Positions 1 through 11,550 of a stretch of 64,000 nt of DNA are shown here, one piece after another. The stretch spans positions 286,478 through 350,477 of the forward strand of contig BCKZ01000013.1 of assembly GCA_001600815.1 (NCBI GenBank), in the 5' to 3' direction. A program made the translations under genes and the position numbers. Origin of the DNA: Alloascoidea hylecoeti. Its lineage: Eukaryota. The first letter of the stretch is position 1. Every line of letters starts with the position of its first letter. Under the pieces are notes generated by a model. The model saw only the letters and a program-made list of their open reading frames with translations. It was not told where the DNA came from and made no database searches.

Positions 1-90
1 AGTACAAGAGCTTCTTTTACTCAAATCACTTGGAGCAGCTTCTGCAGCGAGTAAAAAGCAAAAAGCGGTGGCTAGTGCAGATAATTTCAT
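1..90 (-). CDS. PGU1: 5' end (partial, runs off window) of a second GH28 endopolygalacturonase, tandem copy
   Basis: 1-90 is identical to 2422-2511 ([30 protein letters not shown]); ATG at 90. Confidence 0.85.
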   Translation of the reverse strand, partial: MKLSALATAFCFLLAAEAAPSDLSKRSSCT

Positions 91-1410
91 TGAGGTTAAA
101 TTTAAATATAATTATTGAAGAATTGAATAAGTGATTATAACAGTTAATATTGAACTGTAGTTTATAAAGATTGATAAAGTAGAGGAATTGATTCACCCTT
201 TATACTTTCCTTAAGCTAACATGTTTCAAAATACAATCCAATACTAAATTTATGTTTTCAGTTATCGAAACAATACTCCAGCAAACTCGAACAATTAATT
301 TATAATATTAAAGGCGTGAAAGATACGTAATTAAATCTATTACCATTTATTTAATATTATAATTTTTCCTATACGCATCAAGTGTTTATGTAAAGAATTT
401 AGCGCTCATCCAGCAAACAACGTTTACAATACGAAAGCTTGGTAAAAGCTTGATTGTTAATATATGAAACCTATTCCTTTAAAATGGATCCAATGGTATT
501 AAGCAATAACTTATGAATTTCTTATATGGATGTATTGACAAATTATAAAGTTATCTACCTGAGTCGTTTTAATCTGAATCAAACTTACTTATCGTCAGAG
601 TTTCAAATTTAGATATTAATGCACATACGGTACTCATAAGAATATCAGCTTTATAAGCTAATTATCTGAGCCCCCTAGGCCTAACTTCCTATAAAATAAA
701 TCATAATCAAAATGGTCTGGAAATATGAGTATAGAAATTTAAAGTGAATATGAATTCTAAAACGCGATTTTATTAGAGAGACACTATTTATATTCTTAGC
801 TAATTATTCTGTGTATTATAAGTAATTTTCCGCTGTTGGATGATCGATAATATATCGCTGTTAATAATGCTATACGTATTACAGAGTTGTGTAATTATAG
901 TAAGTAATGGTACCTATAGAGTGTAAACTTTAGACAATCCCTCAAAGATATCCAACAAATTCAATAGGGATATGTTCATAATCGTTATGATTTGACGATT
1001 TAAATTGATTATTAGAATTATCTTCACCCCCAAACACTCGATTAGAAGAATCTAAATCAAACGCTGAGTCATTTAATCTTTAATCTAGATGATCATAAAG
1101 TATATGACTCTATAGGCCTGAAACAGGAGCCGAAGTTGGAGAACTTATGAACAATTGGGAAATTTTTATCTCTTAAAATAAGGGTTACTAAACTTATGAT
1201 AATGAAATGTTATTGAATATAAAACATAAATTTATTAAAATAATAAATAAACGATTACTTAAAAATAAAAACAGTGAGAAGTCTTCTATAATCAAGATCA
1301 CACGAAATAAAAATCTAGATCTACCTAGTTGTTTAACACCAAGATCTACATAATTATATACTTAGTTCAATTTAAATTCAATAGATAGATCATTTAAACT
1401 ATGTAATAGT

Positions 1411-2511
1411 TTAACAAGAAGCTCCAGAGCCACTTGGGATACCAGTACAATCGGAAGAACTCTTACCACCAGTAACACTAACATCAGTCCATGTCCAGTC
1501 GGATGCTCCTTTAACCAGAATATAAACATTGGTAGCTGAGCTATCTACGGTTCCCGAAATGTCCTTCAAGGTCAAGTCTGTAATTGGAACACCTGAAGTT
1601 GGTGTACCTGTGGGTGATCCATTTTCGTAATCACCTTCTATAACAATACCATAGGAAGAAATATCAGATATTGTAATACCACTATAAGTAACATTAGAAA
1701 CTGATCCAGTTGCTCCATAAACAGTCTTAATTCTAACACCGTTTGCTGAATTTGTTACAGTTGAGTCACTGATAGTTACTCCATCCACAACATTGTTAGA
1801 TCTTCCACCAACTGAACCAATTGATAAACCATGACCTCCTGAGCAATATCCCTTGGTGAAAACAATATTGGTACCTGAATTAATGGCTAAACAATCATCT
1901 TGATTATAAACTGTGGCACCTGTGATTGTAATTGAGTCAGAAGAACCAACATCAAAAGCATCAGTATTATGACCACCATCAGTAACATCACCATCTGAGT
2001 TATCGATAGTTACATCACTAACAGTCAATGATTTAGCAGAATTAATTGAGAAACATTGAACAGGAGTATTTTTAATATTTAAACCAGAAATTTTTGAGCT
2101 ATACATCTTATGAGCATAAAAGAACTTTGGCTTTGTCTTACCACCATTGGAACCTTTGCCATCCCACCATTTGGCACCATTACCATTAATGACATGACCA
2201 GAAGTACCAGTAACTGTAATATCTGTACCAGATACAGAAATTAAGGGACCATCCCACTCTTTGTAACCAAAAGTAGTGGTTCCTTCAAATGTAACTGTCG
2301 TACCTGATGTTAAATCGGTAAGATCCAAAGTCTTACCAGCTGGAACAGTTAAATCAGATACAATAATCTCTGTACAAGAGCTTTTAACGGTGTCTAAGTT
2401 ACTGATAGAAGTTCCACTAATAGTACAAGAGCTTCTTTTACTCAAATCACTTGGAGCAGCTTCTGCAGCGAGTAAAAAGCAAAAAGCGGTGGCTAGTGCA
2501 GATAATTTCAT
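1411..2511 (-). CDS. PGU1: Secreted endopolygalacturonase (GH28)
   Basis: Signal peptide plus KR Kex2 site; catalytic motifs [31 protein letters not shown]. Confidence 0.97.
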   Translation of the reverse strand: MKLSALATAFCFLLAAEAAPSDLSKRSSCTISGTSISNLDTVKSSCTEIIVSDLTVPAGKTLDLTDLTSGTTVTFEGTTTFGYKEWDGPLISVSGTDITVTGTSGHVINGNGAKWWDGKGSNGGKTKPKFFYAHKMYSSKISGLNIKNTPVQCFSINSAKSLTVSDVTIDNSDGDVTDGGHNTDAFDVGSSDSITITGATVYNQDDCLAINSGTNIVFTKGYCSGGHGLSIGSVGGRSNNVVDGVTISDSTVTNSANGVRIKTVYGATGSVSNVTYSGITISDISSYGIVIEGDYENGSPTGTPTSGVPITDLTLKDISGTVDSSATNVYILVKGASDWTWTDVSVTGGKSSSDCTGIPSGSGASC

Positions 2512-4261
2512 TGAGGGTAAGTTTAATTATGAAGAATTGGATAAGTTATTGTAACAGTTAATAGTGAACTGTAGTTTATAAAGATTGATAAAATAGAGGA
2601 ATTGATTCACCTTTTGTACTTATTCGTTAAATAAATTTGTTACAAAATACATTTCTCATTGAAATAATATATTATTTTCTGTTAGGGAAACAATATTAAT
2701 ACTCCAGCAAAAATAATTCATAAATTACTTTCATAATATCGAAGGCGTGAAAGTCAAGAATTTTATTACCATATACTATAGCTATATTTAATGCTGTATT
2801 TTTTCCTATACGCATCAAGTGTAAGTAAATTTATATGTGAAGAAGTTTGGGCTTATGTGGCTGCTATTTTGTTTTCTGAATACCGGTTTCTACAGTAAAG
2901 TACGCTCACATTACGAAAGCTTGGCTAAAGCTTGGTAAAAGCTTAATTAAAAGCAATATTTGAAAGCTGCTTTTTTAAAATAGAACCAATATTATTATGA
3001 CATAGTCAATAACTTATGAGTTTCTGATATTAATGTATTGAAAAAATATAAAGTTATCCTTACAATCGACTGCAATTGCGTGAGCTGTTTTAACCTGAAT
3101 ATTAATCAAACTTATCGTCATAGTTTCAAATTTAAATATTAATGCAAATATAGTACAAGGCTAATCTGTGAAACGTGCTACTTTTTCGGGTGGCCGTGCC
3201 ATTTCGTCGACGTCTTGGCTAGGGATTATATAAAATCCCATATTTTGCTTATGTAGTAATGTTGTATATATAATATGTACCACGAGATGATAATATTCAT
3301 TAAATGAAAATTGTGTGGAATTTTTAACTATAGAAAGTTGAATGAGTATGAATTCCAAAATTTAATAAAAGAGAAATATAACACATTAGCTAAATATTAT
3401 AATGTTATATAAATCATATGCCGCCGCTGGACGATATATATTGTGGCTAATATTGGTATACGCCTATTAAAGCATTGTTTAACAATGAGTAATGGCACTG
3501 AGTCACTGATATACAATCCCCAAAAATATTGTAATAATTTATTAAAAGTTAAACTAGATTTAAATTATTATTCAAATTATAATGATAACAAAAAATATAA
3601 TATACTGTTATGGAACTGACGACAGACAATCAAACATTCTTGAAAATTCGATCAAAATCATATAACATACAGAAATACTCATATAAGTAACATATACGCG
3701 TAGGATATTACTATTTATACGTGCCAATATCTTAGTTGGTATACACTTAATTAGATGATGAACTATAATTCACAGATATAGATATAAAATTAAACTGTAA
3801 TAAAACGTTAATAGAAGGCTACAATAAAGATCTTTAAAGGAACTATTTCACAATTTTCTTGATCTATATAATTAGCCATTCAATAGGAGAAGTATCTACC
3901 GAAAAACGAAAGAGGAGAAATAACTGGCACACTGATTTTTGGTGTTCGGAATTTTTTCCTCTATAGCTCTTCCCACACATTTTGTTTATATTTAATCAGA
4001 AGACAATCACTTGATCCAGTACCATTACCATAAAAAGGTTGGTCAATATATACCTCGGTATTTATTTTTATTGGCAATCTTCTGATATCTTTACTTTTAC
4101 ATTCATATATTAATTAATCAAATTAAGTATCTACGCAACGACCCTTGTAATTAGTCAGTTGAAAGGTCCTATTCGAATGATAAACTAATGAAAGCCTACT
4201 GTTGGAATTAACTTTTAAAATTATTCTCACTGCTAAACTCTTGATTAGGGATGAATCTAAA

Positions 4262-4378
4262 TTAAACCCTAGCTAATTTACTTAATCTTTCATTTAGATT
4301 ATCATGATCATAGAATATATTCTTATTATAAGAATGTTTAAAAGCGGGTTTCTTTGCTGAGGGCGATTTATAGAACAT
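4262..4378 (-). pseudogene. Inverted 5' fragment of the neighbouring GFD2-like gene (38-aa ORF)
   Basis: MFYKSPSAKKPAFKHSYNKNIFYDHDNLNERLSKL matches the N-terminus of 4720-5991, then ARV-stop. Confidence 0.8.
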
Positions 4379-4824
4379 TATAATAAATAAAATAAGGGGA
4401 AGAGAAAAATAGTAGTATGTAAGAAGAAGAGATGTTTCGAGTGAGAACTTTCCATTTATCAAATACACAAATTTAAAAGAAGAGTGCAGCTCATATGCAA
4501 AAACCCAAAATGGAAACAAATTTTAATGCAGACGATTTACTTTGGACATCTCAAACCTTAAATAATAATCACCACAAATAGAAATTGCAACCATCCTGTA
4601 TTTTCTAATTCTGAGCCGTACATTAATTTGTTTATTTAATAAATGGAAATTTTTCACTCGAAACATCTCTTCTTCTTACATACTACTAGTTTTCTCTTTC
4701 CCTTATTTTATTTATTATAATGTTCTATAAATCGCCCTCAGCAAAGAAACCCGCTTTTAAATATTCTTATAATAAGAATATATTTTATGATCATGATAAT
4801 CTAAATGAAAGATTAAGTAAATTA
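4274..4824. repeat. Inverted repeat: arms 4274-4473 and 4625-4824, spacer 151 bp
   Basis: Manual alignment: 200 bp ungapped, 8 mismatches. Confidence 0.95.
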
Positions 4825-5991
4825 TCCTTTGATGTGGAGTCTTCTAATCAAGAATCCTGCAATGAACCGGTACCGTTATTATCATATGCAGCAGTAGCAG
4901 CTACCTGTACGGATAGTACTAAACATAAACCAAAGATGCAACAACCTTCTTGGGCTAAAGAGCTCAGCCGTAATCTTAATACTAAGAATAAAAAGGATGA
5001 TCACTTAAATAACGGTACTATGTTGGAAAATGGTGAAGTTAGAAAAAATTTAAAGAAGCTACAAGACAAGAAACTAAAACCTACATCAGTACTTGCCCCA
5101 TTAGTAATTACCATACAGTATTCACCCATCTCATCCCCAACTCCAACAATAGTTAAAGAGGAAGTGAAAGTAGAAGAACCTGCTATAAATGATTCCTATG
5201 GTATTTTTAAAAAAGAAATAAATTGGGTCTCTAATAAAGAAAAAGTTTTAATTTCAATTGATTTAGAAGCATATGAAAAATATCAATCAACCATAACAGA
5301 AGTTGGAATATCAATTTACGATCCTAGAAAGCAAGAAAGATTAATTATGCCAGAAATCAAAAGTTTCCATTTCTTAATTCAAGAGAACTTAAAATTTCAT
5401 AATTCAAGATTTGTTCCAGATAATAGTAAGAATTTTATATCAGGTCCATCGATAATTATTACTAAGGAACAACTTAGTGACACATTCAATGAAATTATAA
5501 ATCATTATCAATTACTTGAGAAACAAGATAATATTGGTATTGCATTTGTCGGTCATGATTTTTCGTCAGATATTAAGTTTCTTAAAACGTTGGGGATATC
5601 ACTATCAGACGACATTCCTATTATCGATACTTCTAAACTATGGAAACTCGATAATCCCACGGGGAAGGGATCTTTGGGATATATTTTAAACTCTTACGAT
5701 ATTCCATTTTCATTTCTCCATAATGCTGGAAATGATGCTAATTATACATTAATTTTAGCCTTGAAAATGTATAATAAACATTCAAGAAGTTATAGAAAAG
5801 TTGAGGAGACTACTGATTATTCCGATAAAAAAATGAATAATAAAAATCCTTTTTTTAAATTTATTAATAATCATTTTATAAAATTACAACAATTAAAAAA
5901 GAAAAAGATGACACCTCTTAATTTTAATCAAATAACCCCGATTGATTATAAAGAATTAGAACAAGGTGATATTAAAAAATTGATTAATTGA
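4720..5991 (+). CDS. GFD2: Gfd2/YDR514C-family protein (RNase H-like DEDDh fold)
   Basis: ISIDLEAYE..ITEVGISIYDP, VGHDFSSDIKFL and HNAGNDA motifs after a disordered N-terminus. Confidence 0.8.
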   Translation: MFYKSPSAKKPAFKYSYNKNIFYDHDNLNERLSKLSFDVESSNQESCNEPVPLLSYAAVAATCTDSTKHKPKMQQPSWAKELSRNLNTKNKKDDHLNNGTMLENGEVRKNLKKLQDKKLKPTSVLAPLVITIQYSPISSPTPTIVKEEVKVEEPAINDSYGIFKKEINWVSNKEKVLISIDLEAYEKYQSTITEVGISIYDPRKQERLIMPEIKSFHFLIQENLKFHNSRFVPDNSKNFISGPSIIITKEQLSDTFNEIINHYQLLEKQDNIGIAFVGHDFSSDIKFLKTLGISLSDDIPIIDTSKLWKLDNPTGKGSLGYILNSYDIPFSFLHNAGNDANYTLILALKMYNKHSRSYRKVEETTDYSDKKMNNKNPFFKFINNHFIKLQQLKKKKMTPLNFNQITPIDYKELEQGDIKKLIN

Positions 5992-6136
5992 ATGAATGAT
6001 ATAATTTAAATCCGAGTTGAGATAATTCTAATGGTATAAATATTAAACATGGTAATTCTTGAAATTTTTTATTGCTAGAGGAAAAGCAATTATTAATCAG
6101 GAACAACATAATGATAATCAATGATCTCATTTTCAA

Positions 6137-6172
6137 AGTTCTAGTTCTAGTTCTAGTTCTAGTTCTAGTTCT
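6137..6172. repeat. (AGTTCT)6 microsatellite
   Basis: Direct reading. Confidence 0.9.
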
Positions 6173-6355
6173 GGTGGGTATCAAGGAAATATAAACCTCA
6201 TCAATTGATAAAGGGAAAAATAATCAATTGTAACGAGGTTTAAAATCTTTTATAACTTTTTTAGTAAATATCTATAATTTTAACGTATTGTAAAATACTT
6301 TTTGGGGTTAAATTATTAGCTGTAGACATCTGTAATATTCAAACATTCCAAATCG

Positions 6356-7753
6356 TTATAAAACCAGCCAATATGATACACTCCCCATTGTCAATCCCAC
6401 CAAACTAGTTATAATTCCTGCTCCAACCTTACCTTTTGTTCCCACTTTTAATGTTTGTTGTTGTTCATCCTTAGGATTTTGAAAATCCCATGGTGTAACT
6501 GGTGTAACTGTATTATTCACATCTTCGTCATTTGTTAAAAATGAAGATGAAGTGTATGGTGCTGGTCTATCAGCAACCAGTAAATTTTGAATAATTTCTA
6601 ACGCTGACATTTGTTCTCCTAAACCCCAACTTCCATCATATGAATGATTTCTCCAATTCATACCACAAGTATAACCATCTATTCCTCCAGAACAACTATC
6701 AGCAGCTGCGACTGCACTAGATAATAATAAAGTTCTAATCCTTTCATAAGTACTTGGTACTAAGATTGAAGTTAATCCTAAAAACCTTGCAAAATAAGCT
6801 TTAAAAGATCTTTGATCATTATTACAATTTCCATTATTTTCACAAGATGCTTCATATAAAACATTATTTTTATCAAAAAATACAATTGAACTATTCAATA
6901 AATGCTCAACACGAACTAACCATTTTTCATCATTTGTATAATTATAAAGATAAGCAGAACCAACTAAAAATAAAGCTTGATTATAAGTCCATTGATAACC
7001 CAAAATTTTTGAACAATTTGCAATATTTATACCATCATGAACAAATAACCAATTATGTTGATGATTTTCAGTTATTAAATTAACTTGAGTCATCCAATCC
7101 CAAACCATATCAGCTGTTTCAACATAAGTATCATTATTTGTAAATCTTGCTAATCTTGCTGCAAGTACAAATAAACCTCCATTACTAACTGAATTTTTAT
7201 AATCATAACCATTATTAAATGTAAATATTTGCCATCTTAATCCACCTCCACAATAATTTGTATCCCATCTGTTTAAAATCCTACTATAAACCGCTTGTGC
7301 TAAATATAACCATTGTGCTCTTGGTTCTTCTTGAGGAGTTACTGAATTTGTAAAATTTCTTTCAGCGGCTGCCATTACAGTAAAACCCCAAAATGCTTGA
7401 TCATCATTACCTTCAGTTAATGTTTCATTAGCAGGCATATAATCCCAATTATCACCAACTTGAAATAATAACGCTTGATTTAATATTTTATCAAAAGTAT
7501 TATTTTTCATATAAAAAGAATAATCTAATATTGAACCCCATGCTGCACCAGATTGCCACCAATAATAAGGATAAACGAATTTTCCAATCGTTTGACCATA
7601 ATCTAAACCGTTATAATAATCCATTAGACCTGTTGAAATTAAAGAAGTTGCATATTGGATTGATTCATATTGTGTTGGATCTAATATTATAGCATTAATT
7701 TTTAGACAATTATGAATAAATAAGTAAAAAAAGAAGTTTATTTGAATCCTCAT
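6356..7753 (-). CDS. DCW1: GH76 GPI-anchored mannosidase/transglycosidase (Dcw1/Dfg5 family, closer to Dcw1)
   Basis: Signal peptide, YYWW, EGNDDQ catalytic DD, CGGGLRWQIF, YKNSVSNG, DQRSFK, C-terminal GAGIIT hydrophobic tail. Confidence 0.92.
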   Translation of the reverse strand: MRIQINFFFYLFIHNCLKINAIILDPTQYESIQYATSLISTGLMDYYNGLDYGQTIGKFVYPYYWWQSGAAWGSILDYSFYMKNNTFDKILNQALLFQVGDNWDYMPANETLTEGNDDQAFWGFTVMAAAERNFTNSVTPQEEPRAQWLYLAQAVYSRILNRWDTNYCGGGLRWQIFTFNNGYDYKNSVSNGGLFVLAARLARFTNNDTYVETADMVWDWMTQVNLITENHQHNWLFVHDGINIANCSKILGYQWTYNQALFLVGSAYLYNYTNDEKWLVRVEHLLNSSIVFFDKNNVLYEASCENNGNCNNDQRSFKAYFARFLGLTSILVPSTYERIRTLLLSSAVAAADSCSGGIDGYTCGMNWRNHSYDGSWGLGEQMSALEIIQNLLVADRPAPYTSSSFLTNDEDVNNTVTPVTPWDFQNPKDEQQQTLKVGTKGKVGAGIITSLVGLTMGSVSYWLVL

Positions 7754-8629
7754 ATTATTAACAAATTATTAGAAATAATATAAATTAAAGAAAAAGGAAA
7801 TAACAAAGAGTATTTATATTTCATATTTGTGAATGTTTATTTTTAACTACTGAAATCACAGAATAATTACATTTTAAAAGTTCTTGGCGGTTAAGGATAT
7901 TTACCCATTTAACAAAAATAGACCAATTATATTGTGCAGAAAAACCATTTGTATACTATCCATAGCATACCAATTGTGTGTTCCAAAATTGTGCATCCCA
8001 CAATTATGCAACTGATACGGTTAAGAAATAAACAATAGGAAAACAGATTCCGGATCAGTTGGAAGAGAAAATTCAGGTATCCCTTAAAATCCTCTCCGTC
8101 AGGTTGATTCTGCTACCACATTTATGATGTTTATAAAGATAGTGAGGAACGTTAAAGTAAACGTCGATCTTACTTACAAAAATCTCACCTAGAAAATCAC
8201 GGCGCCAAGATGATTGACATTTCATTTTTCAAACCTGTTTTACAAAGAAATCCTATGATCGAATTTGAAAGTATACAGGGATGAAAACGAAAACATGGAG
8301 AAATATGATCCCGCTCGGTTGGAAGAAAGTCAGGGAGTCGTGTCACACCAGCTGACACGAACTTCATGGAGGGAGTAAAGTTTCAAGAATGGTCAATTGA
8401 TGCTGAAGATAAAAAATATCAATATAAATTTTTGCTAGTTGACCTGAGAGACTCACTAGATCATCATCGAGTGAGGCTGATATCCTTGATATCGATGAGT
8501 TGAAAATGATGGTGATGGAGAAGGTTATTTCCTTTTATTAGTCAGGGTTTATTTTAAAGAATGAGAAATAATATCAGGACGAAATAATTGATTGTATTTC
8601 AGAATATAAAATTTAAAAGTAGAGTTTAA

Positions 8630-9282
8630 TTTTGATTTTCTATGAATTTTTGATTAACCAAAATTTACCCACAAGTTCATTTTTTTCTTCCGGATCAATT
8701 TCAAATAAATCATAATTAAATGGGAATTTTGAATCATTTGGTTTGTTTTAATATCACCGAATTCTAATTTATCTCTTTACTATTCTTCAATATATAAAGC
8801 GTGTTTCGAAGATTTTAAATGAACCTGAGTCCTAAAAGTACATGCATGCGCTATTCACGTATTAAATGTTGGTAGGTGGTTTGTCTAATTAAATCCTAAC
8901 TTCAACCTTTTATCCCTTTGTTTTATCAAGAAGCTATAGGAACTACGTATATTGTATATTAAAAGGTATATAATTGTATAAACTATTGATGGTGACATAT
9001 CATTGACGGCTGCGGTGTATCGTTGATGGAGGGTTCATTTTAAATAAATTGCAACCATTATCAATTGTAGTATTGTAAGGATATATTTCAGATTCGAATG
9101 AATATCAATTCACTTAAGACTATCAATTATGATGAGAAAATATCATCCCATTTAAGAGCTAAAACTCGATTTAATTTTCATAAATCTGTTAACGAATTCT
9201 TAAATTTGAACATAGATTCATATCTCTCTATTAAAAGTAATAAAAAAGTCTGTATTGAAATCATAAGTATTTATCATTAATA
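8630..9282 (-). pseudogene. Degenerate copy of APC13/SWM1 upstream region and 5' CDS (copy A)
   Basis: Reverse complement aligns to ~14760-15360 and to 10963-11530; disrupted reading frame. Confidence 0.85.
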
Positions 9283-9362
9283 CTCACGTTTTCCAGACAA
9301 CGAATACCTACCATTCGATCAAAAGTCCAATTCGTAATGGTTTTGATTGAGCTGTTGAGCTT

Positions 9363-9376
9363 ACACCCATACATTT
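9363..9376 (+). promoter_or_regulatory. Rap1-type site (RPG box)
   Basis: Exact ACACCCATACATTT. Confidence 0.4.
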
Positions 9377-9653
9377 TGACCCAACCAGCTGCGCACCAGC
9401 AATAAAATCAATTAGTTAGTTACTAGTTAGTTGTAATTAGTGAGTTGTCCCTTCCATGGTGTGTCATTTGCTCTTCTACACTAATTATCAACATTACGTC
9501 TTTTATGATTCTTTTATGGTAAGAATATCTATCAAGGACCGTTATTTATATAGAATGACTTCATAACTATAGGTTAATTATATACTCCTTAATATTCACG
9601 CGGTATGTATCCAAAAATAAACAACTGACAATAAAAATATAATATATGTTTAT

Positions 9654-10706
9654 CTACTCCTTTTTAGCCAATCTTGCGGCCTTCTTTAAAGCTCTAGTTC
9701 TAATATCCTTATGCATTTTCAAATTAATATTAACAACCATTTTACTATAAACTCCAAGAGTATTTTCAATCCACCAATGCATCAAAGCATGACTCCAAAA
9801 TGGAGTAATTGTACCAAATCGTTCCTGAGCACCAACTCTTCTTCCAATATTATTTAAAGTACTTGCAACGAATTTCTTAGGGTTTGGAATTGAAGCGGAA
9901 GTTCTTCTAATTTTAGACATTGCAGAAGTAACCAAATAAGAAATTGCCAATTCAACATCAACATTGTGTTCAGCTAATTCAGATTTTAAAGCACTACTCC
10001 AATGTTGTAAAAATGCCTTTGATCCTGAATATGTTGCAAGATAAGGAGTTGGAATTAAACCAGCAAAACTACCCATTGTTAAAATTAAACCTTTTTGTTT
10101 AGCACCACCATTTGCTCTTCTATTAGCTTCAACAGTTTCAATAATAATTGGTGTTGTAATTTTAGTAATTAATAAAGTTGAAGTATTATTAACAGTAATA
10201 ATATTTCTTAATTCTTCTTCTTCAGTTTCAATAAATGGAACAGGAATAGAATGAGAAATACCAACATTATTAATTAAAATTGTAATTTTTAAATCATATA
10301 AAATTTTATTTAATTCAGTATAATTGTTGGAAGAATCTGATGAAATATCAATTGCTAAATATTTAGTATCAACTTTATATTTAGTTTCAATTTCTTTTGA
10401 TAATTGTTTTAATTTTTCTTCAGTTCTACTAACTAAAACAATACTAAAACCTTTTTTAGCAAGTTGAAGTGCATATTCTTTACCAATTCCATCACTAGCA
10501 CCAGTAATAACGGCCCAGTTTCCTTTCCCAGCTCCATAAATGTTGAAATTAGTAGATCTTACAAATAACAAATCACCTAAAAGTGCACCATAACTGAGGA
10601 TAAGATTGGTAATTTTGATAACACCAGTGAAAAGAGCAACAGTTGCTATAACCGAATAAATTGGAGATTCGGCGATCTCTTCCATCCAATTTTGAAAAAG
10701 TGTCAT
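9654..10706 (-). CDS. IFA38: Very-long-chain 3-oxoacyl-CoA reductase (SDR)
   Basis: WAVITGASDGIGKEYA, ILINNVG, YSGSK catalytic motif, SAMSKIRR, C-terminal AKKE; first ATG at 10706 (ORF track starts at a TTG). Confidence 0.95.
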   Translation of the reverse strand: MTLFQNWMEEIAESPIYSVIATVALFTGVIKITNLILSYGALLGDLLFVRSTNFNIYGAGKGNWAVITGASDGIGKEYALQLAKKGFSIVLVSRTEEKLKQLSKEIETKYKVDTKYLAIDISSDSSNNYTELNKILYDLKITILINNVGISHSIPVPFIETEEEELRNIITVNNTSTLLITKITTPIIIETVEANRRANGGAKQKGLILTMGSFAGLIPTPYLATYSGSKAFLQHWSSALKSELAEHNVDVELAISYLVTSAMSKIRRTSASIPNPKKFVASTLNNIGRRVGAQERFGTITPFWSHALMHWWIENTLGVYSKMVVNINLKMHKDIRTRALKKAARLAKKE

Positions 10707-10962
10707 TATTAAATTGTATAGTTCGGAAAAGGAGTAAAAAGTCAATAAAAATATATGGGTGTATGTATGGATGTACGACTCAACAAGTATAAAAATTCCC
10801 TCTTTCAGAATAATTACATGAACATTAAATTTTTGGGGTATTTTTCATTCACTACTAATTCGATCCAGTGTCCTTGATGGTAGAGGCGATCTTTAACTGA
10901 TAGGACTGAAAGTTGATTTTTGTATTTATTTTAAAAATATAAAAGGGGTTTCAATATTATAA

Positions 10963-11550
10963 ATATTAATGATGAATACTTATGAATACTTAAGATTTCA
11001 ATTCAGACTTTTCATTACTTTTAATGAAGAGATATAAATCTATGTTCAAATTTAAGAATTCGTTAACAGATTTATGAAAATTAAATCAAGTTCTCGTTCT
11101 TAAATGGGATGATATTTTCTAATCATAATTGAATATTGATCGTCTTAAATGAATTGATATTCATTTGAATCTGAAATATAGTACAATTGATAATGATTGG
11201 AATTTAATTAAAATGAACCCTCCATCAACGATACACCGCAGCCGTCAATGATATGTCACCATCAATAGTATAGTTTATACAATTATATACCTTTTAATAT
11301 AAAATCTACGTAGTTCCTATAGCTTCTTGATGAAAAAAGGGGTAAAAAGGTTGAGGTGAAGATTTACCCGGACAAACCACGTACATATACTTTAAATGTT
11401 GGTGGTTACTTTTAGGACTCATGTCTTTAAAACATTTTATACTTTGAAGAATGGCCAAGAGATAAATTAGAATTCGGTGATATTGAAATAAAACCAAATG
11501 ATTCAAAATTCCCATCTGATCATGATCAAAATTAAAAGAAGATTACGACC
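10963..11550 (+). pseudogene. Degenerate copy of APC13/SWM1 upstream region and 5' CDS (copy B), internally deleted
   Basis: Encodes EEWPRDKLEFGDIEIKPNDSKFPSDHD (cf. EEWSRDKLEFDDIEIKLNDSKFPFDHD), then jumps to AAAGAAGATTACGACC, which matches the gene's 3' end (~15705-15720). Confidence 0.85.

Larger units (their letters stand above)
1..3620. repeat. Tandem direct duplication of polygalacturonase gene plus promoter (unit ~2.4 kb)
   Basis: ~1-1000 aligns with ~2422-3620 through shared blocks (AATACTCCAGCAAA, GGCGTGAAAG, TTTTCCTATACGCATCAAGTGT, TACGAAAGCTTGG, CAATAACTTATGA, AGTTTCAAATTTA); outer boundary approximate. Confidence 0.85.

Noticed and set aside
5984..6184. ORF with (TR)n repeat
   Set aside because: Produced by the (AGTTCT)6 microsatellite; non-ATG start
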